DNA from: an uncultured Marinoscillum sp.
GTDB lineage: Bacteria > Bacteroidota > Bacteroidia > Cytophagales > MED-G16
Assembly (NCBI GenBank): GCA_964553685.1
Contig: CAZKLB010000003.1
Coordinates: 62,501 to 126,500, forward strand
Direction: 5' to 3'
Length of the DNA stretch: 64,000 bases
The notes below the pieces were generated by a model that had not been told where the DNA came from, searched no databases, and saw only the letters and a program-made list of their open reading frames with translations. Numbering within the stretch: the stretch's first letter is position 1; the number at the start of each line of letters is the position of its first letter. A program made the translations under genes and the position numbers. This document shows, piece by piece, positions 34,843-42,758 of this stretch.

Positions 34843-35032
34843 AATATTAGATAATTGGTTTAAAACAGCAAAACCAAGATGGGAAGTTAGGTGGATGATA
34901 GCTAATGCAGGAGAGAATGAAAATGGCGAAATATAATAACGGCTAACAAATGGTAATGATTACTACGACGTTGATGAAAATGGAAATGAAATATTTGAGT
35001 ATAATGTTCATGATGTGCAGTTCAAAGATTGA
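34802..35032 (+). pseudogene. short frame-2 reading frame interrupted by in-frame TAA TAA; possible gene remnant, or a 44-aa small ORF followed by a relic
   Basis: ATG 34802 gives MSGNLYLEIKKIYEILDNWFKTAKPRWEVRWMIANAGENENGEI, then TAA TAA at 34934-34939. The same frame continues as RLTNGNDYYDVDENGNEIFEYNVHDVQFKD to the TGA at 35030-35032. The ENGxEI motif appears on both sides of the stops. Confidence 0.25.
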
Positions 35033-35116
35033 AAAATTGTTAAAATCAATGTATATAAAAGAGTAAAAGAACTTGAATCTAAAGAATTCTCTTACTAAAA
35101 ATACCCTGATTTAAGG

Positions 35117-35146
35117 TTGAATTAATACTTCTATATCCTAAATTTG
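35117..35146 (+). promoter_or_regulatory. candidate promoter of acnB (-33 TTG, 19-nt spacer, -7 TAAATTTG)
   Basis: TTG at 35117-35119 and TAAATTTG at 35139-35146, with the ATG 26 nt downstream. Confidence 0.5.
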
Positions 35147-35172
35147 TACTTTATAAAGTAAACTAGGATCTT

Positions 35173-37971
35173 ATGAGCAGATATACTGAATATCTGAATG
35201 AAATTAATGAGAGAAAAACTCAGGGGTTGCATCCTAAACCAATAGATGATTCTGCTTTATTAAATGAAATTATATCTCATATTAAAGATAAAAACAATAA
35301 TAATAGAGCAAAGTCTTTAGAGTTTTTTATCTATAATGTACTACCTGGGACTACGAGTGCTGCCGAGGTCAAATCTAAATTTCTGAAAAGAATTATTCTC
35401 AAAGAATATGTTTTTGATGAAATAGATATTGATTTTGCTTTTGAATTATTATCTCATATGAAAGGTGGGCCTTCAGTTGAAGTATTATTAGATTTAGCAC
35501 TTGACAATAAAAATATTATCTCCAAAAAAGCATCTGATATCTTAAAAACTCAGGTTTTTCTTTACGAAGCAGACATGGAACGTTTAGAAAAAGCTTATAA
35601 AAATGGAAATAAAATTGCAGAAGATCTCCTTAAAAGCTATGCCAAAGCTGAGTTTTTCACAAGCCTACCAGATATTCCAGAAAAAATTGATCTTGTAACA
35701 TTTGTGGCGGGTATCGGAGATATTTCTACAGATCTCCTATCTCCTGGTGGTGATGCTCACTCAAGATCTGATAGAGAACTACATGGTAAATGTATGTTTG
35801 ATCATAATAAAGAGCAACAAAAAGAGTTACTCGCTTTACAAAAAAAGCATCCAGATAAAAGAATAATGTTAGTTGCAGAAAAAGGAACAATGGGGGTCGG
35901 CTCCTCAAGAATGTCAGGAGTAAATAATGTTGCTCTTTGGATCGGACAGCAAGCAAGTCCATACATTCCATTTATAAATATTGCACCTGTGGTAGCTGGT
36001 ACAAATGGCATATCCCCAATTTTTATGACAACAGTTGGAGTTACTGGTGGAATTGGTCTAGACCTCAAGAACTGGGTTAAATCTTATGATGAAAAAGGAA
36101 ATTTAATACTTGATGAGGACGGTGAACCAGTACTAAAACAAACTTATTCAGTAGATACAGGTACAATCCTCACTATAGATACTAAAACCAAAAAATTATA
36201 TCATAATAAAAAAGAGTTAATGGATATTTCTTCTTCATTTACACCCCAAAAAATTGAGTTTATGAAAGCCGGTGGGTCATATTCAATTGTTTTTGGGAAA
36301 AAACTTCAAACATTTGCCTCAAAAGTTTTAAAAATTAATATGCCAAAGGTTTTTGCCCCCTTCAAAGAGATTTTTAATGAAGGACAAGGTCTCACAGCTG
36401 TTGAAAAAATCTTTAATAAAAATGCAGTTGGTAACACTGGTAAAATTATGCATGCAGGTTCATATACTCGTGTAGAAGTTAATATCGTTGGTTCTCAAGA
36501 TACTACCGGACTAATGACATCTCAAGAATTAGAGATGATGGCAGCAAAAATAATTTCTCCTATACTTGATGGTGGTTACCAGTCCGGTTGTCATACAGCA
36601 TCCGTTTGGGATTTAAAATCTCAGGAAAATATTCCAAAACTAATGAAATTTATGAATGATTTTGGATTAATTACAGGTAGAGACCCTGAAAAAAAATATC
36701 AACCTTTAACTGATGTAATTCATAAGGTATTGAATGATATTACTATCGATGATTGGGCAATCATTATAGGTGGAGATTCACATACGAGAATGTCAAAAGG
36801 GGTAGCCTTTGGTGCGGACTCAGGAACTGTTGCTCTTGCCTTAGCCACTGGTGAGGCTGCAATGCCTATACCAGAATCGGTAAAAGTAACTTTTAAGGGC
36901 AAAATGCATGATTATATGGATTTCAGAGATGTTGTTCATGCTACACAATCGCAAATGCTAAAAGAGTTTGGCGGTGAAAATGTGTTTCAAGGAAGAATCA
37001 TTGAGGTTCATATTGGGACACTTCCTTCTGATCAGGCTTTTACTTTCACAGATTGGACAGCAGAAATGAAAGCGAAGGCATCTATCTGCATTTCTCAAGA
37101 TGATACATTAATTAAGTCTTTAGAAATTGCAAAAGGAAGAATTCAAAATATGATTGATAAAGGAATGGATAATCATAAAAAGGTTCTTCAAAGTTTAATT
37201 GATAAAGCAAACCAAAGAATTGATCAAATAGAATCAGGTAAAAAACCTCCCCTTACACCTGATGAAAATGCTAAATATTATGCTGAGCTTGTTGTTGATT
37301 TAGAAATTATTGATGAACCTATGATTGCTGATCCAGATGTACATAATGATGATATCTCTAAAAGATATACCCACGATACAATACGCGAACTATCCTATTA
37401 CAATGGTGAAAAAAATATTGATCTTGGTTTTGTTGGCTCATGTATGGTACATAAAGGAGATATAAAAATTGTTTCTAAAATGTTAAGAAACCTAGAAGAA
37501 TTACATGGAAAAGTGAAGTTTAAAGCTCCATTAGTGGTGACAGCACCAACCTATAATATTATTGATGAACTCAAGGATGAGGGGGATTGGGAAATTCTTC
37601 AAAAATACTCTGGCTTTGAATTTGATGATTCAGCACCAAAAAGTGAAGCAAGGACTGAATATGATAATATATTATATCTAGAAAGGCCTGGTTGTAATCT
37701 TTGTATGGGAAATCAAGAAAAAGCTGAGAAAGGTGACACAGTCATGGCTACCTCAACTCGTCTATTTAAGGGAAGAGTTGTAAAAGATTCTGATCGTAAA
37801 AAAGGGGAATCATTACTAGGATCAACTCCTGTTGTTGTTCTCTCTGCTATTCTTGGTAGGACTCCTACACTTGATGAATACAAAGTTGCAGTGAATGGGA
37901 TCAAACTTACACAGTTTGCTCCTCCATTAAATAAAATGACTTCGAAACCGAGTCACTTACTCTCTTATTAA
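35173..37971 (+). CDS. acnB: bifunctional aconitate hydratase 2 / 2-methylisocitrate dehydratase
   Basis: AcnB-type N-terminus (YLNEINERKTQGLHPKPID), a HEAT-like domain followed by the swivel and catalytic domains, and Fe-S ligand regions GGDSHTRM and GCNLCMGNQ. Confidence 0.93.
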   Translation: MSRYTEYLNEINERKTQGLHPKPIDDSALLNEIISHIKDKNNNNRAKSLEFFIYNVLPGTTSAAEVKSKFLKRIILKEYVFDEIDIDFAFELLSHMKGGPSVEVLLDLALDNKNIISKKASDILKTQVFLYEADMERLEKAYKNGNKIAEDLLKSYAKAEFFTSLPDIPEKIDLVTFVAGIGDISTDLLSPGGDAHSRSDRELHGKCMFDHNKEQQKELLALQKKHPDKRIMLVAEKGTMGVGSSRMSGVNNVALWIGQQASPYIPFINIAPVVAGTNGISPIFMTTVGVTGGIGLDLKNWVKSYDEKGNLILDEDGEPVLKQTYSVDTGTILTIDTKTKKLYHNKKELMDISSSFTPQKIEFMKAGGSYSIVFGKKLQTFASKVLKINMPKVFAPFKEIFNEGQGLTAVEKIFNKNAVGNTGKIMHAGSYTRVEVNIVGSQDTTGLMTSQELEMMAAKIISPILDGGYQSGCHTASVWDLKSQENIPKLMKFMNDFGLITGRDPEKKYQPLTDVIHKVLNDITIDDWAIIIGGDSHTRMSKGVAFGADSGTVALALATGEAAMPIPESVKVTFKGKMHDYMDFRDVVHATQSQMLKEFGGENVFQGRIIEVHIGTLPSDQAFTFTDWTAEMKAKASICISQDDTLIKSLEIAKGRIQNMIDKGMDNHKKVLQSLIDKANQRIDQIESGKKPPLTPDENAKYYAELVVDLEIIDEPMIADPDVHNDDISKRYTHDTIRELSYYNGEKNIDLGFVGSCMVHKGDIKIVSKMLRNLEELHGKVKFKAPLVVTAPTYNIIDELKDEGDWEILQKYSGFEFDDSAPKSEARTEYDNILYLERPGCNLCMGNQEKAEKGDTVMATSTRLFKGRVVKDSDRKKGESLLGSTPVVVLSAILGRTPTLDEYKVAVNGIKLTQFAPPLNKMTSKPSHLLSY

Positions 37972-37981
37972 AACAAATATG

Positions 37982-38347
37982 TGGAGTCGGCGGGATTCGA
38001 ACCCGCGTCCAGCTATGGAAATAATATTTCGTCTACATGCTTAGATAATTTTTGATTTTCGAGATAGAGCAGGAAAATATCAACCAACTTCTAACCTTAT
38101 CTACTAAGATTTCCTAAATAAATTTGCAGAAAAATAAATTTAGTAGATCTTCTTATGACACCATATTAATTAGCTGAAGATCAAGTTCTAACTATGATGT
38201 GGTTATTTAAATTCTTAGAATTTAAACTGCCATAGCGTAATCGTATTTACGTTCGCCGTTTATAAAGTTTAGTATTTACTTACGGATGTTACTTTCACCC
38301 GACATGCAAAAATAAAATTTGTCATACTGTCAATTCCAGTCGACCCC
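37982..38347 (-). ncRNA. ssrA: transfer-messenger RNA (tmRNA)
   Basis: The minus strand starts GGGGTCGACTGG and ends GCGGGTTCGAATCCCGCCGACTCCA. This gives a 7-bp acceptor stem with the G3:U wobble and a tRNA-like T arm. An internal tag reading frame, GGC GAA CGT AAA TAC GAT TAC GCT ATG GCA GTT TAA, lies at 38222-38257. Confidence 0.9.
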
Positions 38348-38373
38348 AAAAAATAAAGAACATAATTGTAGCG

Positions 38374-38381
38374 CAAATCTA
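38374..38381 (-). promoter_or_regulatory. candidate -7 box TAGATTTG upstream of ssrA
   Basis: The plus strand reads CAAATCTA, 26 nt upstream of the mature tmRNA 5' end, consistent with a processed leader. Confidence 0.4.
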
Positions 38382-38400
38382 ATTTATTTAATTTAGATGC

Positions 38401-40029
38401 GTGGAAAAATATGTAGTATCAGCACGTAAATACAGACCAACAAAATTTGAAGAAGTTGTAGGTCAAGAACATGTTACTACAACACTCAAAAACGCAATAA
38501 AAAATAATAAAGTTGCTCAATCATTACTTTTTTGTGGTCCTAGAGGCGTTGGTAAAACAACATGCGCTAGAATTTTAGCAAATGAGATAAATGAGTTTAC
38601 TATCGATAATCCAATAGAATCCTCCAATAGTTTGAATATATACGAGTTAGATGCAGCTTCAAATAATTCCGTTGATGACATTAGAAATTTAATTGATCAA
38701 GTTAGATACGCTCCTCAGTCTGGAAAGTATAAAGTATATATAATTGACGAAGTACATATGTTATCAAATGCTGCTTTCAATGCTTTCTTAAAGACACTTG
38801 AAGAACCTCCTTCCTATGCAATATTTATATTAGCAACAACTGAAAAAAATAAAGTTATACCAACAATTTTATCTAGATGTCAGATCTATGACTTCAATAG
38901 AATTGAAATAAATGATATAAAAAATAAATTAATAGAAATACTTACTACTGAAAATATAGACTTTGAAGAAAGTGCTCTACACCTTATATCTAAGAAAGCT
39001 GATGGTGCTATGCGAGATGCTCTTTCAACATTAGATCTAATCAAAACATTCTCAAAAACATCGAAAATAACAGTTGAAGATGTAACTAAAAATTTAAATA
39101 TAATTGATAATGAATTATTTTTTAAAATGACAGATTATTTCTTCAATAGTGATGAGACAAACACACTACTACTTCATAATGAAATAATACAAAGAGGGTT
39201 TGAAAGTATTAACTTACTCAGTGGATTATCAAATCACTTTAGAAACCTCCTTCTCTCAAAAAGTGATGAATTAATAAAAATTATGGAAGTCTCAGATGAT
39301 GATAAGCTAAAATTTAAAAATCATTCGCAAATAATAAATACAAACTTTATCAAAGAAGTACTAGAGATTTTAAATTCTTTTGAGATTAATTATAAATTGT
39401 CTAGTAATCCTAAAATACATACCGAAGTCGCACTGTTAAAAATATGTTCAATTAACAAAAAAAAAACTGATGTCTTAACTCAAGGGGCACCAAAGAAGAA
39501 AATAAGTGATGATACCAAAGTTGAAAAAAATAATAAGACTGAATTAAAAATTAAAAAAGAGGAAAAAAAGATTATAGAAAGGGATACTCCTAATCTTAAA
39601 AATTTAATTTCCTCTAAACCTGTACAAATCAAAGAAAAAGAGGAAATAAAACATGAATCAAATAATAATGATAAAATAGATTTTAACGAGGTAAGCTTTA
39701 AAAGCCAAATCAAAAAATTCATAGAAAAAATAAAAGAGAAAAAATCCGAAATCGCAATTTTAAAAAAAGAAATAAAATTTGAGGGCAAAACTGTTATTTT
39801 TCAGCTTGATAATGAGTTAGAGGGATCTATTTTTGATGATTTAAAAAATAAACTACAATATTTCTTGAAAGGAATATTTAAAGAAGATATTGAAATTAAT
39901 AAAGAAGTAAAAGTCCAAGAAAAGAGTAGGACAATCTATACAAATAAAGATAAGTATGAATATTTATCAAAAAAGAATAAGAGTTTAATAGACCTTAAAA
40001 ATAAACTAGGCCTTGACTACGAATTCTAA
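38401..40029 (+). CDS. dnaX: DNA polymerase III subunits gamma/tau
   Basis: MEKYVVSARKYRPTKFEEVVGQ N-terminus, which requires a GTG start, Walker A CGPRGVGKTT, DEVHML and SRCQ motifs. A Lys/Glu-rich linker and a tau-type C-terminal part follow. Confidence 0.93.
   Translation: MEKYVVSARKYRPTKFEEVVGQEHVTTTLKNAIKNNKVAQSLLFCGPRGVGKTTCARILANEINEFTIDNPIESSNSLNIYELDAASNNSVDDIRNLIDQVRYAPQSGKYKVYIIDEVHMLSNAAFNAFLKTLEEPPSYAIFILATTEKNKVIPTILSRCQIYDFNRIEINDIKNKLIEILTTENIDFEESALHLISKKADGAMRDALSTLDLIKTFSKTSKITVEDVTKNLNIIDNELFFKMTDYFFNSDETNTLLLHNEIIQRGFESINLLSGLSNHFRNLLLSKSDELIKIMEVSDDDKLKFKNHSQIINTNFIKEVLEILNSFEINYKLSSNPKIHTEVALLKICSINKKKTDVLTQGAPKKKISDDTKVEKNNKTELKIKKEEKKIIERDTPNLKNLISSKPVQIKEKEEIKHESNNNDKIDFNEVSFKSQIKKFIEKIKEKKSEIAILKKEIKFEGKTVIFQLDNELEGSIFDDLKNKLQYFLKGIFKEDIEINKEVKVQEKSRTIYTNKDKYEYLSKKNKSLIDLKNKLGLDYEF
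39457..39470 (+). other. candidate recoding / transcriptional slippage site in dnaX (A10 run followed by CTGA)
   Basis: AAA AAA AAA ACT GAT is in frame. The -1 frame reads AAC TGA, and the +1 frame reads CTG ATG TCT TAA. Confidence 0.4.
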
Positions 40030-41471
40030 ACCTCCCAACCCTCTCTATATTCCCGAGTGACATATTTATTTGCATCCTCGTAATTTGTTATTTTCATAGC
40101 ATCACCATCCCATAGGAGCTTTTTCCTACCAGGAAACTGAATCTTCTCTCCTTCTTTTCTTTCCATATAACTTCTAATTGCAATATTACCCATTAGGACA
40201 GTTTCAGTCATTGGACCAGCATAATCAAAAGAAGAAGTTAAACTTTTATGCTCATTACTATTAAACCCAGATTTACATGCGGCTATCCACTTACTTTGGT
40301 GTCCAAATTCATTACCAGGTTGATTAGACGTATCAAATTTTAAAGTTTCCTCACCTTTCCTATAAAGTTTTGGATAAAAGCCATAAACACCAGTAGTAAT
40401 AATACCTTTAGATCCTATCATCATTACACCATTTGAGCTACTTTCATCTCCAAGTGGATCACTTGCTGGAATAAGGTCAGGGTGAGGTGGTCTCAATCCT
40501 CCATCTAACCATCTCATCTTCATATTTGTATTATTTTTTTCTGTTGAATTAAAGTCAAGTGTTACAGATGAGGAAGGAGGACATCCTTCAGGAATATATT
40601 CTGGATTCCATTTTTTTATAAAAACTTGACCGACACTACATTCTACCCCAACTGGATAATGAAGTCCTAATGTTCTAAATGGAACGTCAATAATATGGCA
40701 TCCCATATCACCAAGTGCACCGGTACCATATGCCCACCAACCTCTCCAATTAAATGGATGGTAAGCATCCGTGTAATCTATTTTTGGAGCAGTTCCAAGC
40801 CAAAGATCCCAATCAAATCCTTCAGGAACAGGACTACCATCAGATTTTGGAACTGGTATCCCTTGTGGCCATATAGGCCTATTGGTCCATACAAAAACTT
40901 CATCAACATTTCCTATCAAACCCGCATCAAACCATTCTTTAACTTTAACCATTCCTGAATTAGATGCTCCCTGATTACCCATTTGTGTTACAATTCTTTT
41001 TTCTCTTGCTCTCTCGGTCAACATTCTTGCCTCTCTTATATTATGAGTAAGTGGTTTTTGAACATAAACATGAATACCTAAATCCATTGCAGCAAGCGCT
41101 TGTATTGCATGCATATGATCAGGGGATGAAATAGTAACTGCATCTATATTTTTTTCCTTCTCTAACATCTCCCTAAAATCTTGGTAAAATTTAGCTTTAG
41201 GAAATCTTTCTCTAGATTTAGAAGTGATATCACCCATATCAACATCACATAATGCTACCACATTTTCTTTTCCCTCATTGGATGCGTACCAAAGATCAGA
41301 AGTTCCTTTACCACCAACACCAATACCTGCAATATTAATTTTATCGCTTGGGGATAAATAGCCTTCACCACCAAGTACGTGTCTTGGTACAATAAAAAAA
41401 CTAGAGGCTGCTAGGGAGCCATATTTAATAAATTCTCTTCTAGATGTTTTTTTTGACTTATGTTTTTTCAT
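40026..41471 (-). CDS. TAT-exported Gfo/Idh/MocA family oxidoreductase (periplasmic glycoside dehydrogenase / GH109-like)
   Basis: The twin-arginine-type signal region carries only a degenerate SRREFIKYG, with a hydrophobic stretch after it. It is followed by the INIAGIGVGGKG Rossmann motif and a Gfo/Idh/MocA C-terminal domain. Confidence 0.8.
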   Translation of the reverse strand: MKKHKSKKTSRREFIKYGSLAASSFFIVPRHVLGGEGYLSPSDKINIAGIGVGGKGTSDLWYASNEGKENVVALCDVDMGDITSKSRERFPKAKFYQDFREMLEKEKNIDAVTISSPDHMHAIQALAAMDLGIHVYVQKPLTHNIREARMLTERAREKRIVTQMGNQGASNSGMVKVKEWFDAGLIGNVDEVFVWTNRPIWPQGIPVPKSDGSPVPEGFDWDLWLGTAPKIDYTDAYHPFNWRGWWAYGTGALGDMGCHIIDVPFRTLGLHYPVGVECSVGQVFIKKWNPEYIPEGCPPSSSVTLDFNSTEKNNTNMKMRWLDGGLRPPHPDLIPASDPLGDESSSNGVMMIGSKGIITTGVYGFYPKLYRKGEETLKFDTSNQPGNEFGHQSKWIAACKSGFNSNEHKSLTSSFDYAGPMTETVLMGNIAIRSYMERKEGEKIQFPGRKKLLWDGDAMKITNYEDANKYVTREYREGWEV

Positions 41472-41581
41472 GTTGCTTATTTGTTAGATATTGATGTATT
41501 TTAATAATGATATAAAATCACATTAATTTAAAAATTTTTTTCTTAACTTAATAATACTTCGGGTTAATTAACCAATTAAAT

Positions 41582-42754
41582 ATGAAAAATTTTAAGCTTT
41601 CATTAATGATGTTCCTTCAGTACTTTATATGGGGTGCATGGTATGTTACTGCAGGTACATACATGGCTAAAATATTAATGTCAACTGGATCAGAAATAGG
41701 AAATGCTTACTCAGCATTTGCATTTGCTGCAATAATATCTCCATTTTTTGTAGGCTCAATAGCAGACAGGTATTTCTCAGCTCAAAATGCAATGGGTGCA
41801 TTGCATATCATTGGAGGTTTAATTTTAATTTATGCAACACAAATAACATCATCATTTATATTCATCATTGCAATATTAATTTATTCATTGACCTATATGC
41901 CGACTGTAGCTTTATCAAATAATATTGTTTTTGCAAACGTATCGGATACTGGAAAATCGTTTCCTATTATCAGATTTTTTGGAACATTTGGATGGATAGT
42001 TGCTGGATTCATTATTGGTAAATTACAATTAGAAAATAATGTAGATAGCATTGCCTACACCTTTTATATTGCGTCCTCTGCTTCAATTCTGTTAGGTATT
42101 GTCTCATTTTTCTTACCAAATGTAGCCCCAAAAGGTAAATCTGATGATTCTCCCTTGGGTTTAGAAGGATTAATTTTACTAAAGGATAAATCATATTTAA
42201 TTTTCTTTATTTCTGCAGTTTTAATTTGTATTCCCTTATCATTTTATTATTCTTTCGCTAATGTTTTCCTTAATGATATAGGTATGGAAGGAGCTGCCGG
42301 AAAAATGATTTATGGTCAAATTTCTGAAGCAATTTTTATTCTTGCAATTCCACTTCTTTATTACAGACTCGGTGTTAAAAAAATACTAATGATAGGTATT
42401 GCTGCTTGGTTATTAAGGTTTTTCTTTTTTGCAAATGGAGATATGGAGTCATCATATTGGATGATTATGTCTGGAATTATCTTGCATGGAATATGTTATG
42501 ATTTCTTTTTTGTGACTGGGTACATGTATACTGAAAATAAAGCAAATGAAAAAATTAAAAATGCTGCTCAAGGTTTATTTACTGTTGCAACATACGGTAT
42601 TGGAATGACTATTGGCTCTTGGTTCTCTGGTTTAATCACTGATTCATATACTATTGAAGGTCTCAAAAATTGGACAGACATATGGATGGTACCTGCATAT
42701 ATATCAGGTGGAGTATTATTATTTTTAATTATATTTTTTAAAGAAAAAAAATAA
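41582..42754 (+). CDS. MFS transporter of the nucleoside:H+ symporter (NHS) family
   Basis: N-terminus KLSLMMFLQYFIWGAWYVTAGTYM is typical of NupG/XapB-like permeases, and the protein has about 12 TM segments. Confidence 0.8.
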   Translation: MKNFKLSLMMFLQYFIWGAWYVTAGTYMAKILMSTGSEIGNAYSAFAFAAIISPFFVGSIADRYFSAQNAMGALHIIGGLILIYATQITSSFIFIIAILIYSLTYMPTVALSNNIVFANVSDTGKSFPIIRFFGTFGWIVAGFIIGKLQLENNVDSIAYTFYIASSASILLGIVSFFLPNVAPKGKSDDSPLGLEGLILLKDKSYLIFFISAVLICIPLSFYYSFANVFLNDIGMEGAAGKMIYGQISEAIFILAIPLLYYRLGVKKILMIGIAAWLLRFFFFANGDMESSYWMIMSGIILHGICYDFFFVTGYMYTENKANEKIKNAAQGLFTVATYGIGMTIGSWFSGLITDSYTIEGLKNWTDIWMVPAYISGGVLLFLIIFFKEKK

Positions 42755-42758
42755 AACT

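Noticed and set aside
35063-35095. Imperfect hairpin (GTAAAAGAA, 15-nt loop, TTCTCTTAC) upstream of acnB as a terminator or riboswitch element
   Set aside because: The stem is AT-rich with one mismatch and the loop is long. There is no T-tract on the plus strand and no minus-strand gene for it to terminate.
35726-37904. Four antisense ORFs (35726-35971, 35802-36068, 36720-36902, 37713-37904) inside acnB
   Set aside because: They lie opposite a strongly conserved, somewhat GC-richer gene, and their products are low-complexity with no recognisable motifs. These are typical shadow ORFs.
37972-38400. tRNA gene or integration hotspot next to acnB
   Set aside because: The only tRNA-like T-arm (GGTTCGAATCC) in the window belongs to the tmRNA 3' end. 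dnaX follows directly, with no island, integrase or duplicated 3' fragment.
39480-39788. 102-aa antisense ORF inside dnaX
   Set aside because: It is the complement of the Lys/Glu-rich linker (AAA/GAA codons read as TTT/TTC), giving a Phe/Ser/Leu-rich artefact.
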